Shown here in pieces: positions 9,532 to 17,189 of a stretch of DNA of 20,000 nucleotides. Positions within the stretch are counted from its first letter, which is position 1. Every line of letters begins with the position of its first letter. The stretch lies in the IMG/VR virus record IMGVR_UViG_3300027708_000054. One strand, given 5' to 3'. Source of the stretch: an uncultured virus (IMG/VR IMGVR_UViG_3300027708_000054) (taxonomy: Duplodnaviria; Heunggongvirae; Uroviricota; Caudoviricetes). A model generated the notes under the pieces. That model searched no databases, was not told the DNA's origin, and worked only from the letters and a program-made list of their open reading frames with translations. A program made the position numbers and the translations under genes.

Positions 9532-12500
9532 ATGAGTTGTCCAAATACCAACCTAGAAGAATGGAAATTATTAGTAGCATCTAGAGGAGAAGATGTTGCA
9601 TATGCTTTATGGGATCTTTATGAAGGAAATGTTCCTGAATCAGAAAGTAGATCTGAAATAGTAAAATCAGGATTAAAAGCTACAAGTATTTTACAATCTC
9701 CTAAAGCTGATCAGTTCTTTAATGCTGTAGCTAAAAACAAGATCTCTGGTGATTTCTTCTGGAAGAAAATGCAAGCTGATCTTGGTATTCCTAAAGATCA
9801 AATAGAAATTCTTAAATCATTTAATACACAAGATAGAGGAGAACTTATTTCTTCTCTTCTTGCTAATTATAGTTATGCTGTTGAGATTAATATTGCCCAA
9901 GAATCTTCTACTCGATATAAAGATGATTTATATGGAGGTTTTACCAATCAAGATTTTAAATATTTTGTAAATTATAAAGGAGAATTTATCAAAAAAGCTG
10001 TAGAACCTAAACTTGAAATAAATCCTAATACTGGAAAATCAGAGTTAATAGAACCTACACAAATTAAAATTACTAAAGAGGAATATGAACAATCATATTA
10101 TATAAATATGCCTACTCAAATATATTCTAATCTAACAGTTCCAGGAGGAACTAACTATACAGAGAATGAAATAGCTACACCAGCTATTACACCAAGTATA
10201 AAAGGACATGCTCAGTTTGCTACAGATAAAGGTATTGGTTGGTTTAGAAGTGATGATGAAATTTACAGAACAAAACCATTACCTAATGAAACAGTTAGGG
10301 AAGAAATGGAAAGAGAAGAAAAAGAAAAATTATCTGCTCTTAAAACTCGTAGAATACTAGAAGTACAATCTGATTTATTTCAGAAGGGTAGAGATAATAA
10401 AAGATTAGTTGGTGAAAAAGATGAATATGATACAAAAGAAAAACAAGAAGAATCTAATAAAAATGAATTTGAAGAAGCTAAATTAAAAGGAGATAAAACT
10501 TTAGATGGTGATTTTAGTAGTGCTTATACTTATGATAATACCATCTATACTCATTTTAAATATAATGATGTATATGTAAAACAAAAAAGTTTAGCTAATC
10601 AAAAAAATATAAATACTACATCTAACCAATTCCTACAACTATTAAACCAAGGATCTAACTGGGTTACATTCTTTGTTAAATCTATTATACAAGATAGTGC
10701 TAAGAAAGGATATGAGAAAGTTTTATTTCCTAGTGGTAATACAGCTAGTAAAGTGGAAGGTCATACAACATTAGAAGAGTTTAAGAAGCAAAAAGAAGAT
10801 AGAATTGCAGAACTTGAAAAAGAGAAAAAAAGATATAATTTTGAATCATTGCCTTCTGAATTAAAAACTAAAGAAAATCAAACAGAATATGATTTACAAA
10901 TATCCAGTAGAGATACTGAAATAAATCAACTTAAACAAGAACTTGAAAGAGTAGAGAAAGAAGGATTTGGTGCTCTTAAACCTATCTATAACTTCTATGA
11001 GAACACTGTAAAGAATGTTCTTAACAAACAATATGGTAAAGAGAATGTAAAACAGATCACTGATGAGTATGGTAATACATGGAATGAAGTGGAGATTGTT
11101 CCTGAGAGAGAGCAACAACCTATATTATTCCAATCAGAAGATATGCCTGCATCTAAAGCAGCAGAAGAAACATTGAATACAATGAGAGCTGCTGCTGAAC
11201 AAATGGGTATTGACATTCAAGACTTATTTGATTATGCTAAAGCTAATCCAAATGTAGATGTTAAGAATGTAAATGGACTTGCTGATCTTATGAAAGGGGC
11301 AATTGCTATTGCACAAGGTAAAGAAAATGTAGCATTAGTTGAAGAAATTGTTCACATTACAACAGCTATATTAGAACAAACTGATCCAAAACTTATAACA
11401 GAACTTATTAGTAAAATTGATAGATTCAAAATCTACAAGCAAGTGTTAGAGGTTTATAGTAAAAAGAAAGAGTATCAACTTGCTAACGGTAAACCTAACA
11501 TTAGAAAGATTAAAAAGGAAGCTGTGGATAAACTTATATCTGAGGTGGTAGTTCATCAATCTGAGGGCTCTACAGAGTTCCCTGAACTAATGGAAGAAGA
11601 AACTAGAAACATGATTCAACAATTATGGGATATTATTCTTGATGTACTTAGAGGTGTGTATAAAAAATCTAATATTGATATATTTCAAACAACAGCTAGT
11701 AAAGTAAGATCTGGTGAAGTGGGCGGTACTGTAGCTGATATAAAAACTGATGGTGTATATTTTCAAGTAGATAATACTGTTAAAGCTAAGATAGATAACT
11801 TCTATAATAAAGTGAAAGACTACGCTAAAGAAATGGTATATAATCCTGAGATAAAAGATGCTCAAGGTAATGTAACTCAAAAAAGAGGATATACATTTAA
11901 AGGAGAACCAGTAGCTACAACTATTACAGAGAAAATTAAAAAGAATAAAAAGTTTCCAGAAAGAACACCTGAACAACAAGCTGTAGATGATGAGAAAAAA
12001 GATTGGGGATCTGAAGGACATAGATTCTTAGAAAAATATTTTGTTACAAATCTTATTGATCAAGATGGTTATAAAAAACCAGTGTTTGGAACTAGTCGTA
12101 TAGATTCTACATTAAGTTTAGATTTACAAAAACAATTAAAAAACTTTGCAGAAGAACTAATTGCAAGTTATCCTGAAGGAACAAGATTTCTTGTAGAAGA
12201 AATGGTTGTTAATACAAAAGAGAAAGGAATGATTGGATCTAGAGTGGATTTCAAAGCTGTATATCCTGTACAAAAGAAAGATGGAACTTTTGATATGAAG
12301 ATTGATACTCTTGACTGGAAGTTCACTACAGTGGATAAAACTAAGTATGACGATATATCAAGAGATAAAATAAAAGATTGGGTTCCTCAAATGGGACAGT
12401 TTGTTGCTATTGATTATACATATGGTGCTACACAAAATCAAATTGGTAAAGCACGTATGATTCCTTTTATAATGAATTATAATTATAGAATACCAGGAGA

Positions 12501-15500
12501 TAAGAAATCTGGATTAGTTCCAGAGTCTATGGAGATAGGTAAACTTAATTCATTAGAAGAAACTAATCTTTATTTACTTCCTGTACCAATCTTATCTGAA
12601 ACTACAGGTAATGAGCAAGTGGATAAATTAATCACCTCTTTACAAGCTCAATGGGATAAACTATATAGTAAAGATGTTACATTTGAAAATAAGGATAAGA
12701 GAATTGCTGATTTATCAGAACTTAGTAAAGCTATTCGTTTCTTACATTTAAAGCTTGATTTCGAACCATTGGTTAATGTTGGTAAAACATTCTTAAACAA
12801 TGCTGCAGACACATTAAAAGAGTTTAATAATATAAAGTTTGCAGATTTAAATGATGTTGAACTAGATAAGAAATTAAAAGATTTAATTTCTTATAAGGAA
12901 GGGGCACAGAAGTATGCCAACTTAGGAGATACATTTCTTTCATACTATCCTAGAAAAGAATTAACCAAAGAAGGACAAAAGGTGGTAGATGACTTAACTA
13001 ATATATCTAGAGCTACAGACAACATGCTTAAGGTGATAGATGATCTTCAGAAACAATTTGTTGTAGAATTAGCTAAAAGAGAAAAGTTTACAACAGAAGA
13101 AACAGAATTGTCTGTACTAGACGCAGAAGTTAGTATTGTAGGAATGTCAAAATCTTTCTTAGAATCTAGTAAACTATCTTCTATGATAATAAACTTAACT
13201 ACTAATTTGATAATGGTAGCTAAGAAAGTTGTAGATGGTAAAGTTAGAAAACAAATAAAACAATTTGGAGATGCATTAATCCCATTAGAAAAAGAAGCAA
13301 AAGCAAGAGGTGTAAAAGCTTTTGATATGATTGCTACAAAGTCTAAAGATGGAATGTTACTTATTAAAAAAATTAACCCTGAGTTTTGGGTTAAGGTTAA
13401 TAAAGCTAAAGAGGATAAGAACAAACAATTCTTCTTAGACAATATAAACTTAGATGAATATAATGCTCTTGCTAAAACAGCTATTGAACAAAGAACTACA
13501 GATGCTAGTAAAAGACAATATGCTTCAGATCCAGAAACTAATGAGAAATATAAAGAATATGCTATACAAGCTATAAAGAATGCATTAGATATAACTAGTG
13601 AGTCTTTTAATGGATATAATGATAAAACATTTGGATATTTATTTAATAAATCATTTAAACAGGATAAAAACTATTCTAAAGAATATATAGAAATGTCTAA
13701 AAGCAAAGCTGCTTTAGATGTTTGGAATATTTTTACAAAGCTAAATGAAAGAGCAGAAGGTATGGGCTATCTTGGAGAATATAAAGATTCATTTTTTCCA
13801 TTAATAGAAGCCACTATATTAGAAAAGTTTTATCAAACTAGTAGTGTATTAGGACAAACAAAAGATTTCTTTCAAGATTTTTACAGAATAAAAGTTAATG
13901 AGGAACAACAGTTTTCTAAGAATGATCCAGAAACAGGAAAAGTTAAACTAGTTATTCCTAAACTTTTTACAAAAACAGATAAAGCTATTGAACAACTTTC
14001 TACAGATTTAAATAGAGTTGGTAGTCTATGGATAAAATCTATAGAAGAATATGAAAACAAAAAGAATTTAGAAAGCCAACTTCTCACATTATATTCTATA
14101 GAAAATGCTAAGGGGAGTGTTATAATAGAAAATGGAAAAGTGGTATTTGAACCTGGTAGTATAAAACCTAAAGTGAACCTTAATGAAAATAAAAATGCTG
14201 ATTTGTTAAAAGTTATCATTAATGATTATTTATATAATTTAACAGAGAATCAAAACTCATTAGGTAATATAACTATATCTGCAGCTGCTTCTAAATTAGG
14301 TAAAACAGAAGAAGGAGCAGAGAAGGTTGAAGTGGCTACAAAGAAAATAATATCTACAGCAAATACATGGGTACAATCATTAGCTGTAGGACTTAACGTA
14401 CCTATTGCAATTGCTAACTGGGCAGGTGGTCAATTCTTAGCAGCTATTCAATCAGGAGGATTTTATAACTTCTGGAATGATTTTGAAAAAAATAATGTAA
14501 GAGTTTGTACAGGTCAGATGTCTACTATAGAAAGAGGACTTTTAGATCTTATACATCCATTGAATGAAGATGTTACAATGGAAGAAAGAAGAAGTCTTGC
14601 ATGGAAACAAGGATTTAAAGAATATCTTTCCACATGGTCTTTTACAGATGTTATGCAAGTTACTAACTCTTTCCCTGAAAAAAAGTTACAATATGCTAAT
14701 GCTTTAAGTTTTATTGATAACTCAATTGTAATTGATGGTGAGATTCGTAACATAAGAAAATACCTAAAAGAACAAGATAGAAAAACTAAATACTCTCTAT
14801 CTGATAGTGAAAGAAAATCATTAGAATCTACATTTGAAAAAAGAGTGATGGATTTAAAAAATGCTCCTAATGCATTAAAGAATATAGCAAAGATAGAAGA
14901 TGGAGAAACAGTCATTCCAGGTGTTAGTGATTTGAATGTTGCTAAGTTTAGTTTACAAGTATCAGAATATGCTAGAACATTAAACGGACAAATGAGCTCT
15001 ACTAACAAAGCTGGTTATAGAAGAGATACAATGTTTAGTTCATTTATGATGTTCAAAAACTGGATACCTAAACTAGTTACTGCTAGAGGTATGGATATTA
15101 AAAAGAATGTTGAACTTGATACATGGGAATATGGTAGAACAAGAGCATTCTTTAAAACAGTTGCATTTTTAGGTAAGTCTAATATAACATCAATGATTGA
15201 TATTATTAATGGTACTGAGAAAGGACTTAAAATATTAGATGAATTACTAGAAGCTAAGAAAATAGAACATTATAAAAAAACAGGACAAGAGTTAGAAATA
15301 ACACAAGAAGAGTTTTATGATCTTATGAGAGAGCAATTACAAAATCAAGTAAAAGAACTTGGTTTACTTCTAGGACTATTAGCAATTGTGTTTGCTGCAG
15401 CTGCTGCTGAACCACCAGAAGATGCTACAGATGCTGAAAAGAATGCATACAAGTGGTATAGTAAAGTTATAAATAAAATATCTGATGAGGTGTCTTTCTA

Positions 15501-15780
15501 TTATAATCCTATATCATTTGAATCTATAACCAAAGGAAGTTTACTACCTTCTGTAGGACTTCTATCTAAAGGATTAAAGATTGTACAACAGTTATCATTA
15601 GAAGGATATGGGTTGGCTACAGATAATGAAAAAATGATGAAAGATTCTCATGGATTAAAATACACATTAAATATTATTCCAGGTTTATCTCAAGCTCAAA
15701 ATCAAGCTCTTGCATATTTATATCCAGAATTAGCTAAAGAAATGGGAATAAGAGTTTCCAAAGAATCAAGATCACGATAA
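9532..15780 (+). CDS. Giant multidomain virion/ejection protein (2082 aa): EVQSD domain, atypical zincin, PD-(D/E)xK nuclease-like domain, helical C-terminus with hydrophobic segment
   Basis: Starts 1 nt after the RNAP stop codon. N-terminus is MSCPN...EWKLLV...GEDVAY. Motifs EVQSD (10360-10374), EEIVH (11341-11355), GSEGH..., GSRVD and LDWK (12007-12321), plus the hydrophobic stretch LGLLLGLLAIVFAAAAA (15358-15408). Size and position match the large proteins encoded beside Crassvirales virion RNAPs. Confidence 0.8.
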   Translation: MSCPNTNLEEWKLLVASRGEDVAYALWDLYEGNVPESESRSEIVKSGLKATSILQSPKADQFFNAVAKNKISGDFFWKKMQADLGIPKDQIEILKSFNTQDRGELISSLLANYSYAVEINIAQESSTRYKDDLYGGFTNQDFKYFVNYKGEFIKKAVEPKLEINPNTGKSELIEPTQIKITKEEYEQSYYINMPTQIYSNLTVPGGTNYTENEIATPAITPSIKGHAQFATDKGIGWFRSDDEIYRTKPLPNETVREEMEREEKEKLSALKTRRILEVQSDLFQKGRDNKRLVGEKDEYDTKEKQEESNKNEFEEAKLKGDKTLDGDFSSAYTYDNTIYTHFKYNDVYVKQKSLANQKNINTTSNQFLQLLNQGSNWVTFFVKSIIQDSAKKGYEKVLFPSGNTASKVEGHTTLEEFKKQKEDRIAELEKEKKRYNFESLPSELKTKENQTEYDLQISSRDTEINQLKQELERVEKEGFGALKPIYNFYENTVKNVLNKQYGKENVKQITDEYGNTWNEVEIVPEREQQPILFQSEDMPASKAAEETLNTMRAAAEQMGIDIQDLFDYAKANPNVDVKNVNGLADLMKGAIAIAQGKENVALVEEIVHITTAILEQTDPKLITELISKIDRFKIYKQVLEVYSKKKEYQLANGKPNIRKIKKEAVDKLISEVVVHQSEGSTEFPELMEEETRNMIQQLWDIILDVLRGVYKKSNIDIFQTTASKVRSGEVGGTVADIKTDGVYFQVDNTVKAKIDNFYNKVKDYAKEMVYNPEIKDAQGNVTQKRGYTFKGEPVATTITEKIKKNKKFPERTPEQQAVDDEKKDWGSEGHRFLEKYFVTNLIDQDGYKKPVFGTSRIDSTLSLDLQKQLKNFAEELIASYPEGTRFLVEEMVVNTKEKGMIGSRVDFKAVYPVQKKDGTFDMKIDTLDWKFTTVDKTKYDDISRDKIKDWVPQMGQFVAIDYTYGATQNQIGKARMIPFIMNYNYRIPGDKKSGLVPESMEIGKLNSLEETNLYLLPVPILSETTGNEQVDKLITSLQAQWDKLYSKDVTFENKDKRIADLSELSKAIRFLHLKLDFEPLVNVGKTFLNNAADTLKEFNNIKFADLNDVELDKKLKDLISYKEGAQKYANLGDTFLSYYPRKELTKEGQKVVDDLTNISRATDNMLKVIDDLQKQFVVELAKREKFTTEETELSVLDAEVSIVGMSKSFLESSKLSSMIINLTTNLIMVAKKVVDGKVRKQIKQFGDALIPLEKEAKARGVKAFDMIATKSKDGMLLIKKINPEFWVKVNKAKEDKNKQFFLDNINLDEYNALAKTAIEQRTTDASKRQYASDPETNEKYKEYAIQAIKNALDITSESFNGYNDKTFGYLFNKSFKQDKNYSKEYIEMSKSKAALDVWNIFTKLNERAEGMGYLGEYKDSFFPLIEATILEKFYQTSSVLGQTKDFFQDFYRIKVNEEQQFSKNDPETGKVKLVIPKLFTKTDKAIEQLSTDLNRVGSLWIKSIEEYENKKNLESQLLTLYSIENAKGSVIIENGKVVFEPGSIKPKVNLNENKNADLLKVIINDYLYNLTENQNSLGNITISAAASKLGKTEEGAEKVEVATKKIISTANTWVQSLAVGLNVPIAIANWAGGQFLAAIQSGGFYNFWNDFEKNNVRVCTGQMSTIERGLLDLIHPLNEDVTMEERRSLAWKQGFKEYLSTWSFTDVMQVTNSFPEKKLQYANALSFIDNSIVIDGEIRNIRKYLKEQDRKTKYSLSDSERKSLESTFEKRVMDLKNAPNALKNIAKIEDGETVIPGVSDLNVAKFSLQVSEYARTLNGQMSSTNKAGYRRDTMFSSFMMFKNWIPKLVTARGMDIKKNVELDTWEYGRTRAFFKTVAFLGKSNITSMIDIINGTEKGLKILDELLEAKKIEHYKKTGQELEITQEEFYDLMREQLQNQVKELGLLLGLLAIVFAAAAAEPPEDATDAEKNAYKWYSKVINKISDEVSFYYNPISFESITKGSLLPSVGLLSKGLKIVQQLSLEGYGLATDNEKMMKDSHGLKYTLNIIPGLSQAQNQALAYLYPELAKEMGIRVSKESRSR
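11893..12480 (+). other. PD-(D/E)xK (RecB/Cas4-like) nuclease-fold domain in the 2082-aa protein
   Basis: WGSEGHRFLE (G..H helix), FLVEEMVV (E), IGSRVDF (G..D), IDTLDWKF (DxK at 12313-12321) and PQMGQF (divergent QxxxY) appear in canonical order. Confidence 0.7.
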
Positions 15781-15821
15781 TACTTTTTTAAAATATATAA
15801 TTAATAATTAACTTTCTTTAC

Positions 15822-16211
15822 ATGAGAACATCTGCAATTTGCCCAACCTGTGCTGTATTTGAGAATGCTAAATGCATTATCTATAATGGCACCTATCTTA
15901 ATAACATTGATGTTAATCCTTTAGAGGACTTACAAACAATATTAGGTAAGATAAATACTAAATTAGTACCATTATCTGGTACCACTGCTCCTAGTAGTTC
16001 TGCTACATATTTAGGACAAACTTATTTGAATACAGCTAAGTCTATGCTATATTTTGCTAAAGCTGTAGGTACAGGAGCTTCTGATTGGAGACTTGTATTA
16101 ACTACTCCTTTAGTAACACCTGAGTATGCTAATAACTCTGCTGCATTATTTGCTGGTTTAGTTGCTGGTCAGATCTATCGTACAGGAGATATTCTTAAAA
16201 TAGTTCACTAA
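15822..16211 (+). CDS. Small putative virion structural protein (129 aa)
   Basis: Clean ORF with N-terminal CPTC and CIIYNG..L..I.V. The C-terminal YANNSAALFAGLVAGQIYRTGDILKIV resembles short modules seen at the ends of phage tail/fibre proteins. Function is inferred from context. Confidence 0.55.
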   Translation: MRTSAICPTCAVFENAKCIIYNGTYLNNIDVNPLEDLQTILGKINTKLVPLSGTTAPSSSATYLGQTYLNTAKSMLYFAKAVGTGASDWRLVLTTPLVTPEYANNSAALFAGLVAGQIYRTGDILKIVH

Positions 16212-16367
16212 TAAAATATATTTAGCTTATGCTATATTATGAAGGATATCTCCTTCAGCTATTTTATTATTCCAAATATAAAATTTATATTTGCTAGATA
16301 TAATGGTATAATCATTGCATCGTTACTTCTATGTATACGTATGCTATACTAACTCCCCTCACCCCAT
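16212..16367 (+). promoter_or_regulatory. Intergenic regulatory region upstream of the lysis cassette
   Basis: Longest non-coding gap in the window. It contains the hairpin TGAAGGA-tatc-TCCTTCA (16240-16257) and the inverted repeat CAAATATAAA-a-TTTATATTTG (16273-16293). The latter includes a Bacteroidota -7 consensus TAnnTTTG at 16286-16293. TGGTATAAT is at 16304-16312. Confidence 0.55.
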
Positions 16368-16685
16368 ATGGAAAACGCATTTGAAAAACAAGTGGAAAAA
16401 GAATTAAAAAGCATGGACCAACGACTCTATGATCTAGAAGAGAAAATGACTTCTATAGATACTAAGCTAACACAAGTAGTGGATGCAATATTAGGTAATG
16501 CACTAACCAAAACTGGTGGTTTTGTTGCAGACATAGCTGAGCTTAAAGAAAGAATAAAAGAATTAGAAAATAAGATTCAGAAACAAGAGGAGTTTAAGAA
16601 AAGATTTACTTGGACTGTAGGTATAATCATAGCTATTGGAGCATTGATTCAATATCTATCTGTAGTGTATAAAAATATAAAATAA
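16368..16685 (+). CDS. Coiled-coil protein with C-terminal transmembrane helix (XhlA-like / lysis-associated membrane protein)
   Basis: Heptad-rich charged N-terminus followed by FTWTVGIIIAIGALIQYL. First gene of the lysis cluster. Confidence 0.6.
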   Translation: MENAFEKQVEKELKSMDQRLYDLEEKMTSIDTKLTQVVDAILGNALTKTGGFVADIAELKERIKELENKIQKQEEFKKRFTWTVGIIIAIGALIQYLSVVYKNIK

Positions 16686-16687
16686 TA

Positions 16688-16861
16688 ATGAAAAACTGGA
16701 AGACCACTCTAACAGGACTTTTATTAGCTTCAATGATAGCTTTACAACCATTAGCAACAGATGGACTAGATCTAAAGAAAGACTGGTTTAAATTTGTTCT
16801 AGCTATTGGTATTGCTGTATTTGGATATTTGTCTAAAGATCATGACGTAACAGGTGTATAA
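16688..16861 (+). CDS. Putative holin, 57 aa, two transmembrane helices (absent from the ORF track)
   Basis: Manual translation gives MKNWKTTLTGLLLASMIALQPLATDGLDLKKDWFKFVLAIGIAVFGYLSKDHDVTGV*. It has two hydrophobic segments and the MKNWKTT..G / G..sKD..VTG pattern typical of small phage holins. It fills the gap between its neighbours exactly. Confidence 0.75.
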   Translation: MKNWKTTLTGLLLASMIALQPLATDGLDLKKDWFKFVLAIGIAVFGYLSKDHDVTGV

Positions 16862-16862
16862 A

Positions 16863-17189
16863 ATGATACTAAATAAGTTTCTTGATAGTTTAGAAAAACA
16901 ATGGCTTGCGGTGATTATTGCTGCATTATGGCTATTTAGTTACACTGTTTCCCAAGAAAAGAATTCTAACTTAATTAATCAAACTAAAGAGTTAGAAACC
17001 AAGGTGTATCAACTTGAAAAGAAAGACCACAGATCTATTAAGATGATTGATAGTCTTTCTAAGATAGATACATTAATAGTCACTAAGATTAAAACTATAA
17101 AACAAAAAGAATATGTACAAGTTAAAGTTATTGATAGTCTTCCTATTAGTGGGCTTCAAAAGTTTTTCTCAGATCGTTACGAAAGATAG
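16863..17189 (+). CDS. Putative inner-membrane spanin (Rz-like): N-terminal TM plus periplasmic coiled coil
   Basis: The ATG at 16863, just after the holin stop, is preferred to the GTG at 16854. WLAVIIAALWLFSYTV is followed by a charged helical region. The 3' end overlaps the next gene by 77 nt. Confidence 0.6.
   Translation: MILNKFLDSLEKQWLAVIIAALWLFSYTVSQEKNSNLINQTKELETKVYQLEKKDHRSIKMIDSLSKIDTLIVTKIKTIKQKEYVQVKVIDSLPISGLQKFFSDRYER

Noticed and set aside
707..15008. Numerous minus-strand ORFs (66-164 aa) and the small plus-strand ORF 6982-7224 inside the two giant genes
   Set aside because: They lie entirely within long motif-bearing genes. The minus-strand ones have the Ser/Phe/Leu/Ile-rich composition expected of antisense shadows, and none shows recognisable motifs.
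15781..15821. TAATTA-A-TAATTA symmetry and a T-run after the 2082-aa gene as a terminator
   Set aside because: Pure A/T sequence with no stable stem, expected by chance at this composition.
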